Shown in pieces: positions 18,349-30,479 of a stretch of 64,000 nt of DNA (its first letter is position 1; every line of letters starts with the position of its first letter). The notes under the pieces are model-generated. The model had not been told where the DNA came from and did no database searches. It saw only the letters and a list, made by a program, of their open reading frames with translations. This DNA is from an uncultured Methylomirabilota bacterium. GTDB lineage: Bacteria; Methylomirabilota; Methylomirabilia; Methylomirabilales; 2-02-FULL-66-22. The stretch lies in contig OY970067.1 in assembly GCA_963705305.1 (NCBI GenBank), positions 128,001-192,000 on the forward strand, read 5' to 3'. Position numbers and translations under genes: made by a program.

Positions 18349-18579
18349 GGGATATTCGACCGTCCGTCCGATGGGGTGGGGGCCCGCCCAGACGTTGATG
18401 CATCCGGACTCGCGATGATTCCCTTCCCCTTTTTTCCTCCTTCCGCCTTGCGCCGCCATGACGTGGAACGAAGCGCGGTGAGGTCGATCTCGCCAGCGCG
18501 GCAGGCCCAGGGTCACCGTCCCCTGCGCAGGCCCTGACGCCAAAACCGGTACCATGCCACCTCACTCCTGCCCACACCT

Positions 18580-18598
18580 ATGTGGCACGCTGCCACAT
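18580..18598. promoter_or_regulatory. Palindromic candidate enhancer (bEBP UAS)
   Basis: ATGTGGCA-cgc-TGCCACAT about 100 bp upstream of a sigma54 motif. Confidence 0.55.
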
Positions 18599-18693
18599 GG
18601 TAGGCGCCAAGGCGCTGCCATCAAGTCTACCCTGCCAGGCTAACCCATGATTATAACAGGAGTCCCTTCCTAGCCGGCGGCCTCAGTTCAGGC

Positions 18694-18709
18694 TGGCACG
18701 GCAGGTGCT
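18694..18709 (+). promoter_or_regulatory. Putative sigma54 promoter
   Basis: TGGCAC-ggcag-GTGCT (GG-N10-GC). Confidence 0.65.
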
Positions 18710-18764
18710 CCTGGCAGGAGTGCTATTGGCCGCAAGGTTGGCTTTGAAGTTCTGTGGGGATTAG

Positions 18765-19211
18765 ATGAATCCTCGGGTGCTGGTGGTGGACGACGACGCC
18801 GAGAACTGCCGGGTATTGAGTGAGCTGCTGGCAGCCGAGGGCTTCGATTCGCTTCCCTACGAGAGTGGGGAGGCGGCCTGGCAGGCCCTGAAGACCCGAG
18901 AGGTCCAGCCGGACATCGTGGTGGCGGATATGCGCATGCCGGGCCTTGACGGGATTGCGCTGCTCCGCCGCATCAAGGCCGACTTTGCTGCGATCCCCGT
19001 CGTGCTCGTGTCCGCCTTCGCCGACGAAGCCGTCTGGGCGGAGGGCTTGCGAGCGGGCGCGATCGACGTATTCCCCAAGCCGATTCAAGGCACATCCCTG
19101 GTGCGGGTCCTGCGAAAGGTGATGGAGATGTGCCGGACGCAGGGATCCGCGGTCGGTGAAACCCCTGATCCCCGATCGGCGGGGATTATACAACTGTGGA
19201 GGGAACCATGA
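18765..19211 (+). CDS. Single-domain response regulator
   Basis: VLVVDDD, VADMRMPGLDG, VSAF, PKP. Confidence 0.88.
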   Translation: MNPRVLVVDDDAENCRVLSELLAAEGFDSLPYESGEAAWQALKTREVQPDIVVADMRMPGLDGIALLRRIKADFAAIPVVLVSAFADEAVWAEGLRAGAIDVFPKPIQGTSLVRVLRKVMEMCRTQGSAVGETPDPRSAGIIQLWREP

Positions 19212-19489
19212 AGAAGATGCTGGTGGTGTTGCTGGCGACGTTCTTTGCGATGGTGAGCCTGGCAGCGGCCGCGGATATCGAGGGCACGATCCAGTCCGTA
19301 GATCCTGCCAACAGCCAGGTCGTCCTCCAGGACGGGACCACCCTGACCACGGACGAGAACACAACCATCACAATGGGGGGCAACGAAGCCAAGCTGGAGG
19401 AGCTGAAGGAAGGGACCAAGGTGAAGGCCAGCTATGAAGAGAAGGACGGAAAGAACGTGGCGTCCAGCGTCGAGGTAAGCGGAGAGTAG
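19208..19489 (+). CDS. Small secreted OB-fold protein (DUF1344-like)
   Basis: Signal peptide MKKMLVVLL...AAAA; EGTIQSVD...LQDGT...LKEGTKVKASYEEKDGK. Confidence 0.75.
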   Translation: MKKMLVVLLATFFAMVSLAAAADIEGTIQSVDPANSQVVLQDGTTLTTDENTTITMGGNEAKLEELKEGTKVKASYEEKDGKNVASSVEVSGE

Positions 19490-19688
19490 CGGACGCGGTC
19501 CTGGCAGGACGCTTTCCGGCGCGGAGAGCGTCCTGCCTCCGGCGCCGGCACCTTGGGCCCAGACGCCCCGCCGGTGTCTCCATCCCCATGGACCCCATGA
19601 GGGATGGTCATCCGCGCGGGCTGTGGCGCCGCCCGCCGCGGGAGTGGCTCCCCCAATGCCCCGCTCTTGCAGGAACCGGCCATGGCCC

Positions 19689-20561
19689 TCAGTCGCTCCC
19701 CACGCCGGCAGCCTTCAAGAACTGCCGGATCTTCGCCAGGGGAACAACGAAGGTCTCGCCCGGCATGGGCACCCGAACCGAATAGTTCCCCCCTCCTTCG
19801 CGGACGGCGACCGACGCCGTTCCAAACCCCTCCACCACGCCGAGCAGTTCTCCGGTCCCCGCGCGGAATACTCCTCCGCCGCTCACGCCGTTCGCCGCCA
19901 CCGCGTCCACCATCAGGCTGTCCTCGGTCCCCTCGCCGGCGGCCGCTTCCTGCTTTTCCTTGCTGTCGGTAGGGACCTCGCTCACGATGCCGCTGAATAG
20001 CCCCAATCGCCTCCCCCAGGGGAAGCCCACCACCAGAATATCCTCTCCCAGACGGGCGTCTTCGGTATCGCCGATGTCGACGGGCGGGGCGGCAACTCCC
20101 GGGACACGGAGCAGCGCCAGATCCTGGGTGCTGGAGTTTCCCCTCAGGACCAGGCCGGCCCCAAGCTTCCGCCCGGGCGCCACGGCCCCCGTGAAGCGGA
20201 CGAACACTTGCGCGTCGTCCTTCCCATCCAGGAGATGGGCGGACGTGAGAATATACGACACCGGCTGAGAGCCCGGATCCTCGGTCTTGGAGGCGACGAC
20301 GACCCCGGAACCCGCGCCTACCCGGCGCCCGCCGCGCTCGACGAGGACCTTGGCGGTCGAAGCCACGATCCGGTCCACGACCGTCTGCCGGACGTCCGGG
20401 ACGGAGGCCCCGCTCGCCGCACAACCCGCCAGGGCGAGCAGGAGGGCGGCGGCGATTCCGCAGCGGGCACACCCGCCCATGTCCGGGCCCCGGCCGCCGG
20501 CGATCCGGGGCCAGGAAGCTGCGCAAGCGCGGGTTTGAATGTGGGTCACAGCTTCGCCCAT
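19689..20561 (-). CDS. Trypsin-like serine protease, probable lipoprotein (alternative start 20480)
   Basis: GSGVVV, LTSAH, DLALL, NGVSGGG; lipobox LAGC. Confidence 0.82.
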   Translation of the reverse strand: MGEAVTHIQTRACAASWPRIAGGRGPDMGGCARCGIAAALLLALAGCAASGASVPDVRQTVVDRIVASTAKVLVERGGRRVGAGSGVVVASKTEDPGSQPVSYILTSAHLLDGKDDAQVFVRFTGAVAPGRKLGAGLVLRGNSSTQDLALLRVPGVAAPPVDIGDTEDARLGEDILVVGFPWGRRLGLFSGIVSEVPTDSKEKQEAAAGEGTEDSLMVDAVAANGVSGGGVFRAGTGELLGVVEGFGTASVAVREGGGNYSVRVPMPGETFVVPLAKIRQFLKAAGVGSD

Positions 20562-20732
20562 TGGGGCACTATACCTTGTCCATTACTGCACGCAAAGGGC
20601 AAACGCTCGGGGGTCGGCATGCTGCCCGCGGCAGCCAGGGTCGATCCATCCGTCACCGAAAGCACTCTGGATGACACCGGGGTTGCATTGAGCTAAGATA
20701 TCGTCCCGGGAAGGGCCTATGCGGTCCGACCG

Positions 20733-22291
<1,559 letters not shown>

Positions 22292-22292
<1 letters not shown>

Positions 22293-23677
22293 TGAACGCA
22301 GCCCGCCTGCTGGTGGTGGATGACGACACAGCATCCCGCGAGGCGGTCGCCGAGGCGTTGCGGGCCGAGGGTTACACGGTTGAGACGGCGGCGGGCGGGC
22401 GGGCGGCGCTGGCGCTCTGCCGCGAGCGGATCTTCGATGTGGTCGTGTCGGACATCCGGATGCCGGACCTGGACGGCCTGAGCCTGCTCCGCGGCCTTCG
22501 CGAGACCCATCCCCAGCTGAGCGTCATCCTGATGACCGCCTTCGGCACCGTGGAGGCCGCGCTGGAGGCGATCAAGCAGGGAGCCTATGATTACGTCAGC
22601 AAGCCGCTCCGGCTGGACGAGCTGCTGCTCACAGTGCGGCGGGCCCTGGCCCATCGCCGGCTCATCCAGGAGAACCTGGAATTCCGCCGGGTCCTCCAGG
22701 ACCGCTATCAGCTGGCCAACATCGTCGGCGTCAGCCCCTCCATGATCGAGGTGTTCAAGTTGATCGCCCGGGTGGCCGCCTCGCGCAGCACGGTCCTGAT
22801 CACCGGCGAGAGCGGCACCGGCAAGGAGGTCGTCGCCCGGGCGCTGCATTTCAACGGGCCGCGCGCCAGCGCCCCCTTCGTCACCATCGACTGTGGCGGG
22901 CTGGCCGAGGGCCTCCTGGAAAGCGAGCTGTTCGGCCACGTCCGGGGGGCCTTCACCGGAGCCACCACGGCCCGCCGCGGACTCTTCGAGGCCGGCCATA
23001 CCGGCACGGTCTTCCTGGACGAGATCGGCGACATCGGGCCCAACATCCAGGCCAAACTCCTGCGGGTCCTCGAGCTCCAGGAGGTCAAGCCGGTGGGGGG
23101 CAACCAGCCGGTCCACATCGACGTCCGGCTGATTGCCGCCACCAACAAGGACCTGCTGACCGAGATCCGTGAGGGCCGCTTCCGCGAGGATCTTTTCTAC
23201 CGCCTCAACGTGGTGGGTATCCACCTGCCGCCCCTGCGCGAGCGGCGGGAGGATATTCCCGCCCTGGCCCAGCATTTCCTCCGAAAGTATGCCGCGGCCA
23301 ACGGCAAGGTCCTGGACCGGTTCGCGACCGAGACGATGGCGCTGCTCGAGCGGTATCCCTGGCCCGGGAATGTGCGGGAGCTGGAGAACGCCGTGGAGCG
23401 GGCGGTGGCAGTGAGCAGCCATCCCATCGTGCTCCCCGACGATCTCCCGACCCACCTCGTGTCGCCGGCCGGGTCGGCTGGCCAGTCGAGCGAGCCGGAG
23501 CTCGGTCCCCTGCTGCCCTTGGACGATCTCATCCGGGGACATGTCATGCGGGTGCTCGATGCCACCGGCGGGAACAAGAAGCGGACCGCCGAGATCCTCG
23601 GCGTGGACCGACGCACCCTCTATCGCATGCTGGGTCGCTACGGAGCGGCCGCCGGGGATTTGCCTCCCGACGCGTGA
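22292..23677 (+). CDS. Sigma54-dependent response regulator (NtrC/AtoC family)
   Basis: Receiver, GESGTGKE, ESELFGH, GAFTGA, WPGNVREL, Fis HTH. Confidence 0.95.
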
Positions 23678-23801
23678 GACCCTTCCCCTCGCCTTTCGGC
23701 GGGGCCTCCCACTCCTCCTGCTTCCGGCCCGCTCGCCTTGCGCACCCGCGGGCCGCCCGCCGACCTGCGCGGTTCCCGAGGGCATCGAGCGGCGAGGCCA
23801 C

Positions 23802-23830
23802 TTGACGCGGCCCCCCCGGCACCGTATCAT
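23802..23830 (+). promoter_or_regulatory. Putative sigma70 promoter upstream of TPP riboswitch
   Basis: TTGACG-N17-TATCAT. Confidence 0.7.
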
Positions 23831-23831
23831 T

Positions 23832-23932
23832 CGCCAGTGCGGGAGTCCGGTGGAGCCGGGCTGAGAGGGCGGCCAATCCTGCCGCCGACCGTCGGAACCT
23901 GACCTGGGTAATGCCAGCGTAGGGAGACCGGC
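23832..23932 (+). ncRNA. TPP riboswitch (THI element)
   Basis: GGG...GCTGAGA...GAACCTGACCTGGGTAATGCCAGCGTAGGGA; upstream of a CytX-type permease. Confidence 0.93.
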
Positions 23933-24181
23933 ATGCCTTCGATTCCTTCCCCCACCAGAATCCGTTCCTCTGTCTGCCTGCCGGCCGGTTCCGTGATCCT
24001 CCGTCCCTTCCTGGGCTTCCCGCTTCGACTCCGCGCGCGTGGAAACCGTCACCCTGTGACCGAGGGCCGCAGCCGCGGGCGACACTGAGCGCCGCTCAGC
24101 GGGTGCCGCGGAGGCTCCCGGCCGCAGGACAGACGACGCGCCCTTCTGCAACGGGGGGTCGAAGAACGAGGGGGGGTATCC

Positions 24182-25546
24182 ATGGTGGATCTCGTTCGGC
24201 AGGCCCAGGCTCACGGCATCCGGCCGGTGCCTCCGGATGCCCGGCACCTGAGCGGGTTCGATACGTTCGTCCTCTGGGCTGACCTTGGGATCAGCCTGCT
24301 GGTCATGGTGGTCGGCATGTTCCTGGTGCCGGGGCTCGGCCTCGGCGCGGCACTCGCCGCCATCGTGGTCGGCTCATTGATCGGCAATCTGCTCCTCGGC
24401 CTGGTGGGGACCATGGGCGCCGACACCGGCGTTCCGACCATGGTCCTGTTCCGGCCGGTGCTGGGTCTTCGCGGCTCGTACGTGCCCACCGTCCTCAACA
24501 TCCTGCAGCTGCTGGGCTGGGCCACGTTCGAGATCATCGTCATGGCCCAGGCGGCCGCCCTGCTGAGCCAGCGGCTCTTCGGCATGGGCCACTATCTGGG
24601 GTGGGTGGTCTTCTTCACACTGCTCTCGGCGCTCATGGCGTACGGCGGCCCCGTACTCGTCGTCAAGCAGTGGATGGAGAAGTTCGCCGTCTGGGGTGTG
24701 ATCGTCACGATGCTGTGGGTGACCTACGCGGTGCTGACCACCTACGACCTCCGCGCCCTCTGGGCCAAGCCGGCCACGGGCGAGATGTCCTTCTGGCTGG
24801 CGGTGGATCTGGCGGCAGTCATGCCGATCTCCTGGGTGCCCCTCGTCGCCGACTACAGCCGCTTCGCCCGGAGCCGCAGGGGGGCGTTCTGGGGGACGGG
24901 CGTCGGCTACTTTGTTTCGCAGGTCTGGTTCTACGCCCTCGGCGTCCTGCTCGGTTTGTCGGCCGCGGTCGCCACGGACCCCAGTGCGCCGATCAACCCG
25001 CTGCTCGCCGCCATCGCCGGCCTCACCGCCGGATGGGTCTCTCTCCTGATCCTCCTCTTTGGTGAGACGGATGAGGGGTTCGCCAACATCTACTCCGCCG
25101 CCGTCTCGGCGCAGAACATCTTCGCTCGCACGGGTCAGCGCACGCTCACCCTGGCCGTCTCGGCCGTCGTGTTCGTGCTGGCGGCGACCATTCCGCTGGT
25201 CCAGTACGAAAGCTTCCTACTCCTCATCGGCTCGATCTTCGTCCCGCTCTTGGGGGTGATCACGGCCGACTACTTCGTCCTGCGGCACCGGCGATACGAC
25301 GTGGAGGAGATCTATCGCGAAGGAGGCCGCTACTGGTACGGGACCGGCGTCAACTGGGTGGCCGTGCGGGTGTGGCTGCTGGGGATCGTCCTGTACCTGG
25401 TGATCGCCGGACTGCCGGAGCTCGGGCTGCCGGGCCTGGCCCCGTGGATGGGCGCGACGCTGCCGACGTTCCTGTTCGGCTTCGCGGCCTACGCGCTGGC
25501 CGGCCGGCGGATTGAGCGGCGGACCCCCTCCCCCGCGGCGATCTAG
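24182..25546 (+). CDS. cytX: Putative hydroxymethylpyrimidine transporter (NCS1 family)
   Basis: About 12 TMs; NILQLLGW, MPISWVPLVADYSRF, FANIYS, FLLLIGSIFVPL; TPP riboswitch upstream. Confidence 0.82.
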   Translation: MVDLVRQAQAHGIRPVPPDARHLSGFDTFVLWADLGISLLVMVVGMFLVPGLGLGAALAAIVVGSLIGNLLLGLVGTMGADTGVPTMVLFRPVLGLRGSYVPTVLNILQLLGWATFEIIVMAQAAALLSQRLFGMGHYLGWVVFFTLLSALMAYGGPVLVVKQWMEKFAVWGVIVTMLWVTYAVLTTYDLRALWAKPATGEMSFWLAVDLAAVMPISWVPLVADYSRFARSRRGAFWGTGVGYFVSQVWFYALGVLLGLSAAVATDPSAPINPLLAAIAGLTAGWVSLLILLFGETDEGFANIYSAAVSAQNIFARTGQRTLTLAVSAVVFVLAATIPLVQYESFLLLIGSIFVPLLGVITADYFVLRHRRYDVEEIYREGGRYWYGTGVNWVAVRVWLLGIVLYLVIAGLPELGLPGLAPWMGATLPTFLFGFAAYALAGRRIERRTPSPAAI

Positions 25547-25613
25547 GCCGGCGCGCGCCCGCTGGAGACTGGCGGCTTCAAGCAGAGAAAGGATGTCCGC
25601 CCAAGGGATCGGC

Positions 25614-27677
25614 TCACTTCCCAAACAATCCCTTGAAGAATTGCTGGATACCGGTCCCGACCTTTGACCCTTCCTGGCGGACCTCCGACCCGGCGGAGGG
25701 CGCGGCTCCGCCCTTGGCCCTCCCTGGGGCGGCGCCCATCGCTGTCTGGCACGGGTGGGCATCGGACATGGCCTTGCCGATCAGGGCCTGCGCGAGGAAG
25801 GACAATCCCCCCGTCGCCACCGCCGCGCCGATGGTCGCCGCCATCTGGGCGACTCCCACCTCGTTCACGCCGACCGTGGGCTGGGTCAGCGTCCCGCGAA
25901 CGCGCAGGAGGTTCACCAACTGGCCGGCGCCAATGCCGATGCCCTGCCGGGCCTCGGGGAGCAGGGAGAAGTCGATGGCCTCGCTCTTGAGATCGACGGT
26001 GCCGCTGCTGACGACGTTCATCTGATCCGTCTCGAAGGCGATCCCCCTGTCGGTTCTGGCAATGCCGTCCTTGGCCGCGAACCGAACCACTCCGCACTTC
26101 AGGTTTGTGGACTGACCCCCTTTGCTCAGCGGGTTCAGCTTGCTCACCACTTCGGTCACCAGATCGGCCCCCAGCCAGTTCACGAATCCCGAATGGATCT
26201 TCCCGTCGCCCAGAACGACCAGCAGGCTCCCATCGAGTCCGGCCAGCAGGCTCCGGATCGAGTCGCCGCTACCCTTGAGGTCCATGGACGCGTCGGTCTT
26301 GACCCCGCTGACGAGTTCGGGGCGCCCCATCTCGGCGAGCACCTGACCGAGCAGGACGCCCTTGGCGTCTATCGTGGCCGTGAGGATGGCGGTCGTACCG
26401 CCGGATGCGTCCAGCCCAACCTGCCCGCTGACCGTCCCGCCCCCGACCCGGCTGCTCAGGGGCTGAATCAGCATCCGCCCGTCGGCAAGCTGGACATGCG
26501 CAACCACGGCCTCAATGGGCATCTTGTCGGGCAGCACCACCCGGTCCGCTCGCAGCTCGACATTGGCGTCCGCCAGCCGGAGAGCAGCCAGGGGCAAGGG
26601 CTCGGCGGGAAAGAGCCCCGCAGCGCCCGAGCCCGCAGCGCCGGTCCTCGCCGTCCCGCCCTGGGGGAGCAGGTCTGCGAGATCCAGCAGCGTGGATGCG
26701 AGCGTCGCTTCGATTCTCGGATGCGGGGTCCCGATCCGGATGCTCGCCTTGCCCGTCAGCGTGCTCTTGCCGACACTGGCGTTCATGCCGGTGACGGACA
26801 GCGCCGAGGGCGATCCGGCCACCCGGGCCGCCAAGACAAACGGCCCGACAGCGGGAATGGACGCCCCTGCAAGCCTGGCGACCTCCGCCAGATTCAGCGC
26901 CTTGGCCTCCACCTTGAGGTCAAGTCCCGAGACCTCCATCGGCTCCGCCACGGTTCCATTCAGATTAACCGTAGTTCCGCCGGACTTGAGGACGAGGGCC
27001 ACCGGATAAGGGCGCGACGGCGCCTGCAGCTCGGCCAGGGGGCCTACGGTCCCGGCCAAGGTGAATGCCTTGCGGTCATAGGCAGCCGCCAGATCGATCC
27101 GCACCGGGCTCGAGAGATCCTTGGCCTGGAGATCCAGTCGTTCGAGGGTGAGGGTGGTCGCTCGCTTGGTCTTGCCGTCCAGGTAGGTGAGGGTGCCCTT
27201 TTCGATCCGCACGCTCTGCACCGCCAGGGCCGTCAGGCCCGGCCCGGCCTTTCCCGGTTTCTGGATTCCGGAGGCCGCCGGGGCCGCCCCGAAAGACCAG
27301 TTCCCGACACCTCGCGCATTCGTCTCCAGCCAGATATTCGGCTGCAGCAGAACCAGACGCTCGACCACGATGCGGCGGAAGATCAGGGGCAGGAGCGCGA
27401 CCTGGACCTCGAACGTCCGCATTGTCACCATCTGGGGCCGGGTCCCCCAGGAGGCGTTGGCGAAAGACACGCCGTTGACTGCGAGGGTCGGGGACAGGCC
27501 GATCGCAACGTGGAGGTCGCCCGCAATGGCGAGATCCCGCCCGGTCGCCGCCTTCACTTGCTGGGCGATCAGGCCCTTGTACTTGTTGAAGTCTATGGAC
27601 TTGATGGCGATGACGGCGGCCACGAGCGCCACCAGGATGGAGGCGGCGGCGACAAGCAGAAGCGTCTTGAGACGCAT
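25614..27677 (-). CDS. AsmA family protein
   Basis: N-terminal anchor, DFNKYKGLIAQQVKAATGRDLAIAG, LKCGVVRF, GTVDLKSE, VRGTL. Confidence 0.85.
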   Translation of the reverse strand: MRLKTLLLVAAASILVALVAAVIAIKSIDFNKYKGLIAQQVKAATGRDLAIAGDLHVAIGLSPTLAVNGVSFANASWGTRPQMVTMRTFEVQVALLPLIFRRIVVERLVLLQPNIWLETNARGVGNWSFGAAPAASGIQKPGKAGPGLTALAVQSVRIEKGTLTYLDGKTKRATTLTLERLDLQAKDLSSPVRIDLAAAYDRKAFTLAGTVGPLAELQAPSRPYPVALVLKSGGTTVNLNGTVAEPMEVSGLDLKVEAKALNLAEVARLAGASIPAVGPFVLAARVAGSPSALSVTGMNASVGKSTLTGKASIRIGTPHPRIEATLASTLLDLADLLPQGGTARTGAAGSGAAGLFPAEPLPLAALRLADANVELRADRVVLPDKMPIEAVVAHVQLADGRMLIQPLSSRVGGGTVSGQVGLDASGGTTAILTATIDAKGVLLGQVLAEMGRPELVSGVKTDASMDLKGSGDSIRSLLAGLDGSLLVVLGDGKIHSGFVNWLGADLVTEVVSKLNPLSKGGQSTNLKCGVVRFAAKDGIARTDRGIAFETDQMNVVSSGTVDLKSEAIDFSLLPEARQGIGIGAGQLVNLLRVRGTLTQPTVGVNEVGVAQMAATIGAAVATGGLSFLAQALIGKAMSDAHPCQTAMGAAPGRAKGGAAPSAGSEVRQEGSKVGTGIQQFFKGLFGK

Positions 27678-27852
27678 GTTCATCTCTCCCAGGCTGAGAT
27701 CAACACGTGCGGCATGGCGGGCAGACAGGTTTCCATCCCCTATGAAGGAGAACCATATGCCAGAAGTCAAACAAAAATCGGGGAGATGATGCGGCGCGGG
27801 GGCGCAAACGTCCCCGGCGGGAGAGGGGGATCGAAGCGGCACAGCGCGAGGG

Positions 27853-28203
27853 TCAGGGTGCGGAGGCTGCCGTGGTCTCCATCACCCGGTCTGTTTTGGC
27901 TGCCAGGTAGAAATCGCTCTCGGTGAGGCCCCCCACTTTGTGGGTCCAGATCTCCACCGTGCATTTCCCCCAGCCAACGTGCAGGTCCGGATGATGCCCC
28001 TCTCCCTCCGCCACCGCGCCGACCTTGTTGGCGAACTCCAGGGCCCTGGCGAAGTCCGGGAAGTGGTAGGTCCGCTCCAGGTGACCCTGCGGGCTCACGT
28101 GCCAGCCGGGCTTGAGCTGGTAGAGCATCTCCTGGATCTTTGGCCACTCCATCGGGGGAATGCCCCCCCGGCAGGGGACGCACTTGTGATCGGCGAGACT
28201 CAT
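27853..28203 (-). CDS. Pterin-4a-carbinolamine dehydratase
   Basis: CVPCRGG, EGHHPDL, WTHKVGGLTESDFYLAAK. Confidence 0.93.
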   Translation of the reverse strand: MSLADHKCVPCRGGIPPMEWPKIQEMLYQLKPGWHVSPQGHLERTYHFPDFARALEFANKVGAVAEGEGHHPDLHVGWGKCTVEIWTHKVGGLTESDFYLAAKTDRVMETTAASAP

Positions 28204-28378
28204 AGTCCGCTCTCCTCTCTCCGGTGAAACGGGCGCCGGCGCTGGCGTGCTGCCGGGGCGGCGGCCTCCGTCCGCAACGCCCGTCCGACCGCCGCGGCCG
28301 CGTCTCGCGATTCCATCCGCGAGGCACTTCTCCATCATACTGGGGCACGCCGGCACAGGGAAGTGCCCGCCTCTGCGT

Positions 28379-30094
28379 TCAGATCCCGGCCGCGCTGGCC
28401 TGGCTGAAAGGATCCAGGCCCGCCTCCAACCCCTGACGCGTGATCCGGATGGCCACCGGCCGCGAGAAGTAGAGCGTGCTGAAGGAGACCCTCCGCGGGA
28501 TCACCCGGTGTCCCAGCTTCCCGAGCGCGGCCAGCTTGGTCTCCCCCACCCGGTCATCCACCCAGAGGTCGGTGCCCTCGGTGTGCAGGCGCGGCGCTTC
28601 GATTGCGGCCTGGATGGGCTCCCTGGCGTCCAGCAGGTTGGACAGCACCTGAGGAACGGCCGAGACGATCCTCCGGCCGCCCGGCGCGCCCAGGGTGAGA
28701 TAGGGTCCCCCACGGTGGAAAGCCAGGACGGGCACCATGTTCACCAGCGGGCACTTTCCCCCGCCGACAGAGTTGGGTCTTCCCGGCTCGGGGTCGAACC
28801 AGATCATCCCGTTGTTCAGCAGGATCCCGGTCTCGGGGACGACCAGGCGCGACCCGAACAGGCCCACCGCCGTGTTAGTGAGCGACACCATGTTGCGCTG
28901 CCGGTCGATGACCCCGAGATGCGTGGTGCAATCGCCGCCTTTTCCGATCCGGACGCGCCCCCCTGCAGGTCGCGGCGCTCCGGCCTGGCGCGCCTCGTAT
29001 GACCACGGATCGGGCGGGCCGGCACTCTGCCGCCTGCCGGCCTTGAGCCCCTTTGCGCAGGCCGCGGCGTAGCCGTCCGACACCAGACCTTCCCACGGCG
29101 CGTCCACGCTGCGCGGATCCCCCAGGTAGCGCAGGCGATCCTCGAACCCTCGCTTCACCGCCTGGGCGCGCAGGTGTAGTCCGCCGGCCGTCGAATACCC
29201 TACTCGGGCCGGGGAGAACTGCGCCCAGAATGCCAGGATCTGGAGAGCCGTCACCCCACCCGTCGCGCCCGGCGTGAACGCCAGCTCAACCCCCCGGTAG
29301 CCTCCCCACAGCGGCTGGACTGCCTGTACCTGATACCCCGCCAGGTCATCTTTCGTGAGCCAGCCGTCCATGGCCCGCATGTGGGCGTGAATTCGCTCGG
29401 CGATCTCCCCGCGGTAGAACGCCGCCGCCCCATCCCTGGCGATGAGGCGGAGGCTTCTGGCCAGCTCCGGCTGGCGGAAAAGATCGCCCTCGGCCAGGAA
29501 CGGCGGACGGAAGATGTCCTGGCCGTTGCGCAGGTAGGTGCGGGCCGTCTCGGGGAATGCCCGGACCTCCTCCGAATGGATGGCCGTCGTCAGGGCCAGG
29601 TACCAGTCGGGAACGAAGCCGTCCTCGGCCAGCCTGATCGCCGGGGCCAGCACATCGGCCAGGTCCATCGTCCCGTACCGCTCCAGCATCAGGCAGAGGC
29701 CCGCCACCGATCCCGGCACCGCCACAGCCCGGGCCCCGTAGATGTTGGCGTCATCCACCACTCTGCGCCACGTGAACAGATCCTGTATGTTCCCCTCGGC
29801 CAATTCGTAGCACCGTTCGTGACAGGCGGACGGCGCCCGGACGTTGGCGTCGATCGCCACGGTCTCGCCGCGCTTGGCCAGGTGAACGAGGAAGCTCCCG
29901 CCGCCAGCCAGTGTGGACATGAACGGCTCGATCACATTCATGGCGAAGGCGGTGGCCGCGGCAGCATCCACGGCGGTGCCGCCGCGGGCCAGGATCCCGG
30001 CGCCCACCCCGGCGCCCAGCGGGTGCTCCGCCACCACCATTCCCCGCCGCGCCCGCGGGGTGACCTTGCCCAGCGCCAGCGTGCTCTGGATCAT
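28379..30094 (-). CDS. ggt: Gamma-glutamyltransferase family protein
   Basis: GGTAVDAA, AVPG, TTHLGVID (Thr nucleophile), LLNNGM, GAPGG, APRLH. Confidence 0.9.
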   Translation of the reverse strand: MIQSTLALGKVTPRARRGMVVAEHPLGAGVGAGILARGGTAVDAAAATAFAMNVIEPFMSTLAGGGSFLVHLAKRGETVAIDANVRAPSACHERCYELAEGNIQDLFTWRRVVDDANIYGARAVAVPGSVAGLCLMLERYGTMDLADVLAPAIRLAEDGFVPDWYLALTTAIHSEEVRAFPETARTYLRNGQDIFRPPFLAEGDLFRQPELARSLRLIARDGAAAFYRGEIAERIHAHMRAMDGWLTKDDLAGYQVQAVQPLWGGYRGVELAFTPGATGGVTALQILAFWAQFSPARVGYSTAGGLHLRAQAVKRGFEDRLRYLGDPRSVDAPWEGLVSDGYAAACAKGLKAGRRQSAGPPDPWSYEARQAGAPRPAGGRVRIGKGGDCTTHLGVIDRQRNMVSLTNTAVGLFGSRLVVPETGILLNNGMIWFDPEPGRPNSVGGGKCPLVNMVPVLAFHRGGPYLTLGAPGGRRIVSAVPQVLSNLLDAREPIQAAIEAPRLHTEGTDLWVDDRVGETKLAALGKLGHRVIPRRVSFSTLYFSRPVAIRITRQGLEAGLDPFSQASAAGI

Positions 30095-30220
30095 GCGCCT
30101 GCCTCCCGGGGTGTCGAATGCTCCTCCGGCAACGGCTGCCTTCAATGCCCCATTCGCCATCCGCGCGCACCGCGCTTGGCCCGCACGAGGAGCCCGGCCG
30201 GCCGGGTCCGACGCTATCCC

Positions 30221-30239
30221 TGACAGTTGCGGTCTGTCA
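30221..30239. promoter_or_regulatory. Palindromic candidate operator overlapping the putative ggt promoter
   Basis: TGACAG-N7-CTGTCA overlapping minus-strand TTGACA-N18-TAGCGT. Confidence 0.5.
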
Positions 30240-30479
30240 AGGCGATTGTCCGGGGCACGGGGTTGCTTCCGGGGGTCGCCTCGCCACGCCTGGATGTGGC
30301 CTCAAGACCTCCGACACCTCCTCGGTCGATTCCTGTCCCGCAATCCGGCCTGGAAGTCGACCCAGCAATCAGCCACCCTGACACTTGCCGGTCGAAGGCT
30401 TCGGGTGCGGGGCGGGGCCGAGCGCTCCGGATGAAGCGCCACACAGTGACGCAGGGCAGGAAGCGGCGGATGTCAGGAC

